Shown here: in pieces, positions 1 through 8,930 of the stretch
Layout: every line of letters starts with the position of its first letter
How positions within the stretch are numbered: the stretch's first letter is position 1
From: a virus
Lineage: Duplodnaviria; Caudoviricetes
Length of the DNA: 25,165 bases
Direction: 5' to 3' (one strand)
IMG/VR virus record: IMGVR_UViG_3300037791_000057
Span: 1 to 25,165 of that record
Translations under genes and position numbers: made by a program
Notes under the pieces: model-generated
What the model saw: only the letters and a program-made list of their open reading frames with translations
Databases searched by the model: none
What the model was told of the DNA's origin: nothing

Positions 1-90
1 ACGATTTCCTCTCTTTCTACCGGCTGGACTGTGAACACGTCAGCGCCCTTCACCTTCTCGCTAAGCAATTCATGCAATTATCAACTTGGG

Positions 91-546
91 CTAACCCGCG
101 AGTGCTGAAAGCGCTGCGCCCAAGTTGTCAGACAGTCTCTTTTGCTCAAGCGCCACGCCAGGATCTTCATCCGGTCTGTCATCGTATGCCGGGGAGACCG
201 TCATCGGCTCCCTGCCCCGCGCCAGTCCGTTGACGTAGGCAACACTCATCGCCCGCAGCTGGCTCGACTCCCAAGGCTCCAGGTATATGCCCGCCTCTTT
301 CGAGAACGACCGGATCTCGGACCATTCAATCGGCTCCGCACCCCCCATGTGGTCAAAGGTGCACCAGCCGATACCCTCAGGAGCCATCATCTCCAGAAGG
401 TATTCGACCCCGGAGACATCGGGCAATGCAAGGTCGATGCCCTCTCTCTGCCAGAGCTTGAAGCGGCTGGTTTTCCATTCTTCAGGCCTTGCTGCAAGGA
501 ACCCGGCCTGGGCTGCATAGAGCGTCAGCCGGCGGAGGCGTTTCCC
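91..546 (-). CDS. Tail assembly chaperone C-terminal extension (gpT-like), likely expressed by -1 frameshift from 525..974
   Basis: Frame is open from slippery GGGAAAC (546-540) to TAG at 91-93; the listed TTG start at 426 has no clear RBS; follows the chaperone and tail tube genes. Confidence 0.8.
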   Translation of the reverse strand, partial: GKRLRRLTLYAAQAGFLAARPEEWKTSRFKLWQREGIDLALPDVSGVEYLLEMMAPEGIGWCTFDHMGGAEPIEWSEIRSFSKEAGIYLEPWESSQLRAMSVAYVNGLARGREPMTVSPAYDDRPDEDPGVALEQKRLSDNLGAALSALAG

Positions 547-974
547 AAGTAGCCGCCGCGCTTAGCGGAGAACTCAGCAGCCTGTTCAGCAAATGACTTT
601 TCGCCTTCCTGACCATTAAAGCGATTCAGGCCAAAGAACCATTTCGCGTCACGCTTCGTAGCGGGCTTATCGCCGTTGAAAACATTGTTGAAACCGACCA
701 CACGGGGAAGCAATCCTTCGACCAACTTATCGTGGATCTGGTCATACGAAACACCTTCGTCATCCGTATCACCTTCGGCGTCCTGCGAATTGGCGCGCGC
801 CTTCTGAAGCTCGCGCATCGCTGCACGAACAGACGGAGCTTCAGAACCCAGAAGGATTACCTCACAAGGCTTGCCATCCTCAGTGAACAGTGGCGCCAAG
901 GTGGCCGGGTCTTTCAGTTGCATAGCTGCGCCTTTTTCTGCGGCAGAAACGCTGTCGAACTTGTTGAAATCCAT
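525..974 (-). CDS. Tail assembly chaperone (lambda gpG-like)
   Basis: 149-aa ORF directly after the tail tube gene, AAGGA RBS, slippery heptamer near 3' end. Confidence 0.8.
   Translation of the reverse strand: MDFNKFDSVSAAEKGAAMQLKDPATLAPLFTEDGKPCEVILLGSEAPSVRAAMRELQKARANSQDAEGDTDDEGVSYDQIHDKLVEGLLPRVVGFNNVFNGDKPATKRDAKWFFGLNRFNGQEGEKSFAEQAAEFSAKRGGYLGNASAG
540..546 (-). promoter_or_regulatory. Programmed -1 ribosomal frameshift site G GGA AAC
   Basis: X XXY YYZ heptamer phased with Leu-Gly-Asn codons; -1 frame joins ORF 91..426 without a stop. Confidence 0.8.
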
Positions 975-986
975 ATCATCATCCTT

Positions 987-1040
987 TGGTTCAGTGGTTC
1001 AAACAGGCCGGGGGAACGAACCACGTTCCGCCCGGCCCTG
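987..1040 (-). promoter_or_regulatory. GC-rich hairpin with possible pseudoknot pairing upstream of the chaperone RBS
   Basis: Arms 1006-1018 and 1024-1037 with one bulge; apical GUGGUUC is complementary to GAACCAC at 1000-994. Confidence 0.5.
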
Positions 1041-1072
1041 CCGTTCCTGAGAACGGATCAGCGCGCGGCAGG

Positions 1073-1522
1073 TTAGGCTGCGGCCTTCTTCAGGATCTCG
1101 TCGGGCATGATCTCAATCGAGGTGGTCGCCGTCACAACGTCATCGACACCGCCGATGCTCGGCTTGAACGACATGACCAGACCCACAAGGTAGTAGATCG
1201 TGCCATCTTGTAGTGTCACGGCGATGTAGACAGGATCATCGCTTTCGAGAGCGGTTTCCATCGCAGCTTGGCCGGCGTCGTCGGGGTCAAGCGCGAGGCT
1301 GGGGCTCAGGGTGCCGTTATTGAAGCTACCCTTGCCTTTCTTCGTGCCGCGGGTGGCCAGCGGGTTGTGAGTCACAAGTTGCCACTCCTTGCCGAACTCA
1401 CCCACGTTCGTGATTTCACCAACGGAAGTGAAGGTGAGAGCGTCAAAGCCGGTGATGTCGTGAGTTGCGGGTGCAGCGGCCGAAATGCCGAGTGTCACCC
1501 CAGAGGCGGTCTGGTGCGCCAT
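1073..1522 (-). CDS. Major tail tube protein
   Basis: 149 aa, Gly/Thr-rich with VGEITNVGEFG and KGKGSFNNG segments typical of siphoviral tail tubes; position; AGGA RBS. Confidence 0.85.
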   Translation of the reverse strand: MAHQTASGVTLGISAAAPATHDITGFDALTFTSVGEITNVGEFGKEWQLVTHNPLATRGTKKGKGSFNNGTLSPSLALDPDDAGQAAMETALESDDPVYIAVTLQDGTIYYLVGLVMSFKPSIGGVDDVVTATTSIEIMPDEILKKAAA

Positions 1523-1582
1523 ATCAGTTTCCTTTCAGGATAGAGAGAAAGCGCCTAGGGGCGCGGATTTATAGGCCGAGGC

Positions 1583-1867
1583 CTATTCTTTCGGAACGAC
1601 AGCCAATGGGGCGGAGAACTCAGCCATCACCTCGCCGTCGGACTCGACCGCTTCGGAGACTTTCCCCCGATAAGTCACACCGTTCTTCAGAGTGAACTCG
1701 AGAACATCACCCGGTTTGGGCAGCGGGCCTTTGAAAAGAGCGAAGGGATGCGTGGGCTTATTTTGCTGCATGGGCATGCGCTTCAGTTCGACACCTGTGA
1801 CAACCATCGGTGCAGCGTCTTTGGATGCAGGTTTTGAGGCCGCCGAAGCGGTTTTCTTTGCGGTCAT
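1583..1867 (-). CDS. Hypothetical protein in tail module
   Basis: 94-aa ORF with AAGGA RBS filling the gap between tail terminator and tail tube. Confidence 0.7.
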   Translation of the reverse strand: MTAKKTASAASKPASKDAAPMVVTGVELKRMPMQQNKPTHPFALFKGPLPKPGDVLEFTLKNGVTYRGKVSEAVESDGEVMAEFSAPLAVVPKE

Positions 1868-1908
1868 TGAATGATCCTTTCGAGGGTGATTGAGGCTGTT
1901 TCAGCCAG

Positions 1909-2262
1909 TCAGTCGCGATAAGTGATCGCGAATGTCAGAGAGACCCGGTGTGCAGCCGAGGCATCGCCGCTGTTGCTGTCTCGGATCGCAGTGAGAAGCG
2001 CACTGACGATCGGGCCGCCGCGGTATCCTTCCAGTAAAGCCCGGACTTCACGAGACGCGCCGATAGCTTGATTATAGGTCGCGCCCCAGCAGTCGATCTG
2101 AGTGGAGCCTTGCATCAGCCCCTTGCTGTTCAGGGTGTGGTAGCGCTTCCCCGACATACGGGTCATGGTCACGCGTGGCATGGTCTCCCCATCGCTGAAG
2201 AAGCCCCACTTCACCGGGCAACTCAGGGCGTCGGAGAGAGTTGAATACAGGTGCTCTTCCAT
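1909..2262 (-). CDS. Tail completion/terminator protein (DUF3168-like)
   Basis: Start MEEHLYSTL overlaps the upstream stop (TAATG); 117 aa with QIDCWG motif; position. Confidence 0.85.
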   Translation of the reverse strand: MEEHLYSTLSDALSCPVKWGFFSDGETMPRVTMTRMSGKRYHTLNSKGLMQGSTQIDCWGATYNQAIGASREVRALLEGYRGGPIVSALLTAIRDSNSGDASAAHRVSLTFAITYRD

Positions 2263-2717
2263 TAGAAGCCTCGCTTTGCGCGGCGCGCCAGGGTCGCCTC
2301 GATCTCTTCTCGCAAGGACGCGGCCAGTCCCTCTAGGATCTGCCCACGGAATGCATCCCAGGAAGGTGTCAACATCGGTCGAGGCGAGACCGCACCAACG
2401 TACTTTCCGCTTTCGTGAAAGCGAGGCTCTGTGCCAAATTCCAGTAGATGCGAGTGAGGTGCGGAAGGAGTTGCGCCAACATACATAGTCACCGCAGTGG
2501 TGCTGCTTTTGGCTTTTTGCAGGTTTCTCTTGAGCTTGGAGGAAACAGCGAATGCACTGTCGTCGGCGCCAGGCCATAGCCCGTTCGCCATATCTGCGAC
2601 CGGCTGCAGCTCCTTCGACAGCGCGCGGCGCACAACCGCCTTGGAGGTGGCCTTGGGCAGCGCCGCCAGTGCATTGTCGATCTCTCGAAGCCCCTCGACC
2701 TTGAATGACGCCTTCAT
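2262..2717 (-). CDS. HK97 gp10-family neck/morphogenesis protein
   Basis: VEGLREI N-terminus, HLLEFGT and PRPMLTP motifs; ATGA overlap. Confidence 0.88.
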   Translation of the reverse strand: MKASFKVEGLREIDNALAALPKATSKAVVRRALSKELQPVADMANGLWPGADDSAFAVSSKLKRNLQKAKSSTTAVTMYVGATPSAPHSHLLEFGTEPRFHESGKYVGAVSPRPMLTPSWDAFRGQILEGLAASLREEIEATLARRAKRGF

Positions 2718-3052
2718 GTGCCACTCTCGCAGATGAAATCTAGATACTGGCGCGGCTTTTCCCGGTTCGGCTCCACCGCGCGGATGTTGTAAACAGTGCC
2801 CTTACCGATATCCCGCAACTGCCACCGAGTGGTGCCATCGGTGCCGATAACCGCCGTGGATACCGACTTACGCACGGTGGCGACGATGGCCTGCGTGCCA
2901 GACAGCCGCCCAGCCTGAACCTTCTCCCCACCGCGCAGGTAGGTGAATTCGGCGCGGGTGCTGAAGCGCTCAATCGGCTCTTTGTCTTTCCCACCGAAGC
3001 TGTCACCGCCGCCGACAAGCTCGTCAAAGGCCACGCGCTCGATCAGCCTCAT
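2714..3052 (-). CDS. Head-tail adaptor/head closure protein (SPP1 gp16-like)
   Basis: Start MRLIERVAF via TGATG overlap; 112 aa with GGE..QA.RL and YNIRAV segments; position. Confidence 0.82.
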   Translation of the reverse strand: MRLIERVAFDELVGGGDSFGGKDKEPIERFSTRAEFTYLRGGEKVQAGRLSGTQAIVATVRKSVSTAVIGTDGTTRWQLRDIGKGTVYNIRAVEPNREKPRQYLDFICESGT

Positions 3053-3621
3053 CAGATCGACACCCAGCGATAGGGCCGGATTAACGCCTCGACACCCATC
3101 GGCAGCGCCTCGCTCGGCTCCGTGGTGCGGGTCTCGTACCATGTGGCTGCCAGCGCCTTGACTGCCAGTTTCAGGTTCGCCGGCACATCGGCCGGCACAC
3201 CAAACCCGCAGGTGAATTGCACGGTGATCGGCGCCGGGTTGCCGCTCTCCAGCGTCGGCAGGCCGAAATCATCGGACAGGTGAACCAGCGTGCCGGTCGC
3301 GACCGGAAGCCGGTCGACATGCTCCGCCGCAACCGTCTGCTCGGCCCCTTCCGCATCCGCGTAACTGATCGCCACGGCGGAAACATCCGGCACCGGCAGG
3401 CACATTTCGCGCGCCCAGGACGCACGCTGCAACTGCCACGTCTGCGTGACCATGGCCCGCCCCAGAATCCCCCGGAAGCCGTCCAGATGCGCCACAGCAG
3501 CGTCCCGCAGGCCAGTCAACAGGGCGTCATCATCGGCAAAATCAACGGACGCCTGCGCCTTGACCTCATCGAGGCTGACGGGGCTTTCAGCCGGGGGGGC
3601 GGTGAGAATGGGGCGGAACAT
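3052..3621 (-). CDS. Head-tail connector (HK97 gp6 / phiE125 gp8-like)
   Basis: PVSLDEVK, DDDALL, GRAMVTQTW, ATWYETR and LIRPYR motifs. Confidence 0.9.
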   Translation of the reverse strand: MFRPILTAPPAESPVSLDEVKAQASVDFADDDALLTGLRDAAVAHLDGFRGILGRAMVTQTWQLQRASWAREMCLPVPDVSAVAISYADAEGAEQTVAAEHVDRLPVATGTLVHLSDDFGLPTLESGNPAPITVQFTCGFGVPADVPANLKLAVKALAATWYETRTTEPSEALPMGVEALIRPYRWVSI

Positions 3622-3627
3622 GTGCGC

Positions 3628-3768
3628 TTACTTCTTCGCCGGCTTGCCGTAAGGACCGGGGTCAAGCCCCAACTCCTTTGCCTTTTCCGGCGTCATGGAC
3701 TGGCGGGAAGCGGCTTTTGCTTCCGTCGGCTTCGCCTGCTTGGCCTCTGTTTGCTTGGTTTCAGCCAT
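3628..3768 (-). CDS. Small Lys/Ala-rich protein, 46 aa (not in ORF track)
   Basis: GGAG RBS + ATG; MAETKQTEAKQAKPTEAKAASRQSMTPEKAKELGLDPGPYGKPAKK; fills the capsid-connector gap. Confidence 0.7.
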   Translation of the reverse strand: MAETKQTEAKQAKPTEAKAASRQSMTPEKAKELGLDPGPYGKPAKK

Positions 3769-3785
3769 CGTACTGTCTCCGTTTA

Positions 3786-3814
3786 AAGGTGAGGGCGGGC
3801 CGCTACAGCCCGCC
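3786..3814 (-). terminator. Hairpin after major capsid gene (weak terminator or stabilising stem)
   Basis: GGCGGGC-7 nt-GCCCGCC followed by CTCACCTTT; poor U-tract. Confidence 0.45.
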
Positions 3815-3824
3815 TAAGCCACGT

Positions 3825-5063
3825 TTAGGCAGCAGCCATTTCCATGACCTTGATGCACTCCGGGTTCACCACGCCGCCGCCAACGCGCTTGGTGGTGTAG
3901 AAATGCACATACGGCTTGTTGGTGAACGGATCGCGCAGGACGCGAACACCCGTGCGGTCAACGATCAGATAGCCGCGGCGGAAATCACCGAAGGCAATGG
4001 GGAGGGCAGACGCGCCCACATCCGGCATACCCGGCATTTCGGTGACCGGATACGCCAGAAGCTGCGAGGGCTGACCAGCCTGAGTGGACGGTTGCCACAG
4101 TTGCCGGCCATCAGAATCGCGCAGCTTGCGCACGACGCCCATGGTGCTGCGGTTCATCACGAACCGGCAGTTTCCCGTGTACGCGGACGGAACCGCATAA
4201 ATCAGGTCCAGCAGCTCGTCTTCAGTCAGCGCAGTGGCAGACGCAGCGGTCTGTTTCTCGATTGCGCCCAGAGGATTTGCCGCCGCGTTCGTGCCGCCAG
4301 TCACGTAAGTGAGGAAGCCGTTCGGCTTGTTGGTGCCGTTCCCGGAAATGAATGCCAGGCCCTCCTGATAGGAAAACTCGGTTTCAACCTCGCCAGCGAT
4401 CCACGCCTCCAGATCCACCTCAGCATCATCCAGAACCTGCTGGGTTGCAGCCGGGTTCGCGTAAATCTCGCCGGTGGTGAAGGTCATGGAGCCGAAGGTT
4501 GCAGTTCCGGTTTCGGGGCGCGCCGCGGCCTCACCGACCCAACCAGACGCGGTGCCACGGAGGTTAAAGAGCTTGGTGAACCCATTCCCGGAAATCGACT
4601 GAGTGCTGGCGATCTGGCGCATGGCCGAGACCTCAACCAGCTTGTCGGTAATGGTGCGGTCCCATTCAACCGGCGCGAGGTATCCGCCCTCGTCGGCAGC
4701 GCCCTTGTTCAGATTCGCCTGCACTTCGCCTTTGCGGAAGTGCGCACGAAAAGCCTCGGAATATTCCGGGTCTTTCACATGGCCGGGGCCGGCGCCATTC
4801 GCTGCCATTGCTGCCAACTTGGCATTCGCCTGATCGACCGCGGCTTGCAGTTCAGACACGCTGGCGTCGATGCGATTCATCTTCTCGGTCGTCACCACGT
4901 CGTCAAACTTGGCTTTGACCTCCTTGTCCTTTTCGGCCTGGGTGTCCTTGAACGCCTGCCAGTCCTTCTGAAGGCCGGCAAGAATCTTGGTCACGTCACC
5001 GCCTGCATCTGCACGAACGGCGACGATCCCGCGGGCTTTCGCGGGGATCATGTGCTGGGACAT
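3825..5063 (-). CDS. Major capsid protein, HK97 fold, with N-terminal scaffold (delta) domain
   Basis: Start MSQHMIP after AGGAG; GGYLAP, WVGE, GNGTNKPNGFL, FGDF and RVGGGV motifs; 412 aa. Confidence 0.97.
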   Translation of the reverse strand: MSQHMIPAKARGIVAVRADAGGDVTKILAGLQKDWQAFKDTQAEKDKEVKAKFDDVVTTEKMNRIDASVSELQAAVDQANAKLAAMAANGAGPGHVKDPEYSEAFRAHFRKGEVQANLNKGAADEGGYLAPVEWDRTITDKLVEVSAMRQIASTQSISGNGFTKLFNLRGTASGWVGEAAARPETGTATFGSMTFTTGEIYANPAATQQVLDDAEVDLEAWIAGEVETEFSYQEGLAFISGNGTNKPNGFLTYVTGGTNAAANPLGAIEKQTAASATALTEDELLDLIYAVPSAYTGNCRFVMNRSTMGVVRKLRDSDGRQLWQPSTQAGQPSQLLAYPVTEMPGMPDVGASALPIAFGDFRRGYLIVDRTGVRVLRDPFTNKPYVHFYTTKRVGGGVVNPECIKVMEMAAA

Positions 5064-5079
5064 GAGCTGTCTCCTGATT

Positions 5080-5916
5080 TTAGACTTTAAAAAGGCCCGA
5101 CACGAGGGCCGCGATTTCGTCAGCGTCGTGCGTGACGGTCGGGGCAGCGTCATGCGTACCCCCCTTTGCATCGGCCAGAAGCGCACGGCGTTCTGAGCGA
5201 GGCATTCCAGTTTTTGCAAGATGGGCATCGAGAAGCCGTGTCGCATGCACGCCTTTACTGGCCTGTGCGCTGGCCGAGTCCTCGACCACAGCATCAGCGG
5301 AAAGCAATGCATCCGCCAACCCTACCTCAATGGCCTGTTCGCCATTGAACCATGTTTCGTTGTCCATCCACTGAATGGCTTCAGCCTTACCCACACCAGA
5401 ACGTTCTGCGTAGAGAGTCGCCATGGCGTCATCAAAGGGTTCGACTTCCTTGATGGCGGCTGCCAAATCATGACGGTTGCCAACTGTGATGGTCCAAGCA
5501 TTGTGTACCATTAAGAACCCGGCTTTCCCGATTTGGATTTCATCACCCGCCATTGCGATCACGGACGCAGCTGAAGCAGCAAGGCCCAGCACACGAACGG
5601 TCACTTTATGGGGGTGCGCCCGAAGGGCGTTGTAGATTGCGATCCCCTCGAAGAAGTTGCCGCCAGGGCTGTTGACCTCCACCACTACGTCCTGATCCCC
5701 AATCGAACGGAGAGCTGCAGCAATGCGCCGGGCCGTGACACCACCACCGGTCCAATAGTCCTCTCCGATAGCCTCAAGAATAGTGATGGTATTGTCAGCA
5801 GCCGCCTTGGGCTGAAGGTTTGCATTCCAGCGCTCCAAGGCATCCGCATCAGGCTCAAATGCACAGATGCTCGGGAGGCAAGCTGCGTGAATTTCAGGAA
5901 GTTTGCGAAGGCTCAT
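5080..5916 (-). CDS. Prohead maturation protease, ClpP-like
   Basis: NSPGG, AASAASVIAMAG, MVHN and ETWF motifs; start MSLRKLP after AAGGGG; between portal and capsid. Confidence 0.95.
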   Translation of the reverse strand: MSLRKLPEIHAACLPSICAFEPDADALERWNANLQPKAAADNTITILEAIGEDYWTGGGVTARRIAAALRSIGDQDVVVEVNSPGGNFFEGIAIYNALRAHPHKVTVRVLGLAASAASVIAMAGDEIQIGKAGFLMVHNAWTITVGNRHDLAAAIKEVEPFDDAMATLYAERSGVGKAEAIQWMDNETWFNGEQAIEVGLADALLSADAVVEDSASAQASKGVHATRLLDAHLAKTGMPRSERRALLADAKGGTHDAAPTVTHDADEIAALVSGLFKV

Positions 5917-7144
5917 TGCTCGCCCCTTTCTTTGCGCCCATCGGCTCGGGCAGGTCATCTCGTTGCGGAAGGTCCAGCCATTCCCGCGGCTCATCCGGGT
6001 GCAGCCACGGATGATGCCCGCCAGCTCCAAGCCCCTTGGCGAAGAAATCTGCCTGATCCTTCATCGAACCACGCAGCAAGCCGCCCGCGTTAAATTTTGC
6101 CTCGTACCGCTCGGCCTCTTCCTCCGTCAGCAGGTCACGCTCAATCGCCTGCTGCCACGCCTCGAACCACGGGTTGAGCGAGTACCGGACGAAGAATTGC
6201 CCCAGAACGTCGATTCCAGAGCCCCAAGAGGTTTCGTCCATCATCAGAAGGGGTCGCGGGACACCGAAAACCCGCGCGATTTCCTCGATCTGGTGCTGAC
6301 GCTGCTCCAAGCCCTGAGCGTCACGCCCAGGCGCCTGAAACGGCGTCATATCCATGCCTTCCTCAAGGATTTTCCACTTGTGCGCATTTTCGGCGCCCTC
6401 ACCCTCCGCCATGCTTTCCTTGAGGCGCTCGAAAACTTCCGGCGAGAGCTTGTCCTTGTGCCTCAAGACCCCGCCGACGATCATGCCCTTGCTGAACATG
6501 CGCGCCGCGGCACGCTCTGCCGACAGGGCAAGGCCGATAGCCTCGGCGGCCTGCTTAACTAGGGACAGCCCGGTGAACCCGTCCTCGGAAAGGCCATATC
6601 GAAGGTGCAAAATGTCATCCTGCGAGTAGGTGACCTTGCCGCCATCTTTCCGCGTCACGGTATAAGAAATGGACCAATCAGTGTTCTGTTCCGGCGTGCA
6701 GTTCGCGAGCGGCACAAGCTGGATGATCCGCCGGCCGCTGCGCACCTTGAGTGCGAACGCATCACCTTCGGTCAGTGCCCGCTGTTGCATCACAGACCGG
6801 AACTCGTAAGCCGTCTGCCATGCGTTCGGCTTGCGGTGCAAAAGCCGGTGGACTGGATGGTCTGCAATCTCCTTGGTTGCCTTGTCCTTGAGGTGAAGGG
6901 GTAGCATTCCAATGGAGAACGACAGCAGGGAAACAGACCGAAGCACCGCGGTATTCTTGAGCGCTGTCTTGGGTGACACCGACATGCCAGACGCCGTGGC
7001 AGCTGTCGCGCCGCCCCGGATAAACTCATAAAACGCCGGGTCATTCAGGCCCGAGAAAGCCATGCTTTCACCAGCCATTGCTTGAGCCGATTTCGCTGCC
7101 TGCTGCTCCTCGCCGCGAGGGCGGAAAAAGTCTAAAATGCCCAT
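5894..7144 (-). CDS. Portal protein, HK97 family
   Basis: KPNAWQTAYEF, ILHLR, ILEEG, EEIARVFGVP and LLRG motifs; 416 aa. Confidence 0.96.
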   Translation of the reverse strand: MGILDFFRPRGEEQQAAKSAQAMAGESMAFSGLNDPAFYEFIRGGATAATASGMSVSPKTALKNTAVLRSVSLLSFSIGMLPLHLKDKATKEIADHPVHRLLHRKPNAWQTAYEFRSVMQQRALTEGDAFALKVRSGRRIIQLVPLANCTPEQNTDWSISYTVTRKDGGKVTYSQDDILHLRYGLSEDGFTGLSLVKQAAEAIGLALSAERAAARMFSKGMIVGGVLRHKDKLSPEVFERLKESMAEGEGAENAHKWKILEEGMDMTPFQAPGRDAQGLEQRQHQIEEIARVFGVPRPLLMMDETSWGSGIDVLGQFFVRYSLNPWFEAWQQAIERDLLTEEEAERYEAKFNAGGLLRGSMKDQADFFAKGLGAGGHHPWLHPDEPREWLDLPQRDDLPEPMGAKKGASNEPSQTS

Positions 7145-7151
7145 GCGCGCC

Positions 7152-8930
7152 TCAGAAACTCAATATGCCGCGCGCCTCATAGACGCTGGTCTTGTCTTTC
7201 ATTGCCGCGGTGGCGGACCCCACGGCCATTGCTAGGGTCACAACCCCGTCGATCCGGCCCCGTGACCGCGCTTTGTCAAACATCCGGTTTCCGAAACCAT
7301 CCTCACGGATGATGGCGTTCCGGGCGCAGATGCTGGTGAGCTTGTTTCGGTCGATGCGCACCGTGCCGGTAAGCATGTGGTCCTCAAGCTGTGTGATCGA
7401 AGTCGGCATACAGAGGAATTTTCCGTCGAAGCTGACGTTCGTGCCTTGCTTATGCCTGACAATTTTCAGGCCGCTGCCCGGCTTGTCGTCGCCTTCTTCG
7501 ATCCAATACGCGAAACCCGCCTTATCGAAGGCCTCGCAGAGTTTTTCCATGTGGGCGCTGTCGATAGCCATCTGCACCACTGAGTGGCGTCCGCAAAAGT
7601 CGATAATCTTCGCCGCAATGAACGTGTAGTCGATTACGCGCCCCGGCGTGACTTCTATCAAGTCCGCCGCTTCCAACTCGCGATAAGGGATCGCATCTGC
7701 CGTTGATCGCTCTTCGATCTCAAATTCACGAGTCCAATACCATGATTTGACATCGATCCTTTCGCCCTCCCACGCCACCGCGAGCGCGGTGAGGTCGTTC
7801 TTCTCGGAGAGGTCGAGCGCCAAATGCGCCCGGCGGCCGATCATCTTCGCATCATCGACCTTGCCCTGCACTTCCTTCCATGCCTGTTCAGAGGTCCAGA
7901 ACCCTGCCGAGCCGACCGGAATGCCGAAATAAAGGCGCTTTGTGGTCAGCTGCGTGCTGATCTGCTGTTTCGCTGTCACAACCAGCTTTCGCACGTTCTC
8001 CAGCGGGTAGGTGATGCCCAGTGCTGGCAATGCCTTGATCCAGCAGCTTTCGTTCTCCAGCGGGTCGTCGCCCTCGTCCACCCGCGCGATGAATGCGAAA
8101 ACGCTGTCATCAGTGAAATCGCCGGTCACAACCTTCTGACAAAACTCGCTGTAGTCCGTCCCCACCTGCTGATCCGCGCTTGGCGTGTTCGTTCCAAGCA
8201 TCAGAATGCTGTCACCGTGTTTCTTGGTGACTGCGGCCCGCCACATCTCAATCGCCTTGCCGCTTTTCATCTCGTGGATCTCATCGCCCGCGACAAGGAT
8301 GGGCTTGGGCCCCGAAACGCTGTCATTATTGGCGATAGGGCGCATGAATGATCCGCTGTCTGGGTGCTCCACGCTATATGCAAGGTCGCCGGTGCCGCGG
8401 ATCACAAACGCCGCGTCTTCCAACGTCATGCCACCCTTACCTGGGATCGGCGCACGCAGCATCGCCACTGCATCGCGGAACATAACCCTCGCGGTGTCTT
8501 TTGTCTCACCAATGCAGTAAACCTCGGCCCGCTTCCGGCCATAGAATCCGCTGAGATAGATCCCCACTGCCGCCATCAGCGGCGATTTCGCCTGCCCTTT
8601 GCCCGTCTCCAGCCACACGAAACGGAACCTGATGAAGCCTTCCGCCGTCCGCCAGCCGAAGATCGAGCCAACCACGAACAAATGCCACGGCAGCAGCGTA
8701 AACGGCTCCCCCTCCTTGGCCCCCTCTGTGATCGAAAGCATGGCCGGGAAGAACCGAATGGCCCGCTCGGCCTGTTCAGTGTCCCATCGCAAACCGCGCG
8801 CAGGGCCGGTCTCCAGGTCGTCGAGGTGCCGCTGGCACTGCGCCCGCACGAATTGCCCCGCGACGATCTTCCCTGAAACCACATCCAGCGCGTACTGCGT
8901 GGTTTGGTCAGTGACTGCCAAGGAACTCAT
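7152..8930 (-). CDS. terL: Terminase large subunit
   Basis: LLPW, Walker A variant GKGQAKS, Walker B VAGDEIHE, nuclease LDLS..NDLTA and RIDG. Confidence 0.96.
   Translation of the reverse strand: MSSLAVTDQTTQYALDVVSGKIVAGQFVRAQCQRHLDDLETGPARGLRWDTEQAERAIRFFPAMLSITEGAKEGEPFTLLPWHLFVVGSIFGWRTAEGFIRFRFVWLETGKGQAKSPLMAAVGIYLSGFYGRKRAEVYCIGETKDTARVMFRDAVAMLRAPIPGKGGMTLEDAAFVIRGTGDLAYSVEHPDSGSFMRPIANNDSVSGPKPILVAGDEIHEMKSGKAIEMWRAAVTKKHGDSILMLGTNTPSADQQVGTDYSEFCQKVVTGDFTDDSVFAFIARVDEGDDPLENESCWIKALPALGITYPLENVRKLVVTAKQQISTQLTTKRLYFGIPVGSAGFWTSEQAWKEVQGKVDDAKMIGRRAHLALDLSEKNDLTALAVAWEGERIDVKSWYWTREFEIEERSTADAIPYRELEAADLIEVTPGRVIDYTFIAAKIIDFCGRHSVVQMAIDSAHMEKLCEAFDKAGFAYWIEEGDDKPGSGLKIVRHKQGTNVSFDGKFLCMPTSITQLEDHMLTGTVRIDRNKLTSICARNAIIREDGFGNRMFDKARSRGRIDGVVTLAMAVGSATAAMKDKTSVYEARGILSF

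Noticed and set aside
2263-2724. N-terminal extension making ORF 1909..2724 271 aa
   Set aside because: Overlaps the gp10-family gene entirely; the real start is the TAATG overlap at 2262
3678-5090. 470-aa plus-strand ORF
   Set aside because: Antisense shadow of the capsid gene; GC-rich codon bias leaves this frame open; no motifs
5064-5312. Longer capsid start at 5312 (and protease start at 6030)
   Set aside because: These extensions overlap upstream genes; RBS-supported starts are 5063 and 5916
8585-8611. Atypical terminase Walker A (GKGQAKS) as a sign of inactivation
   Set aside because: The catalytic Lys-Ser, Walker B and nuclease acidic residues are intact and the frame is full length
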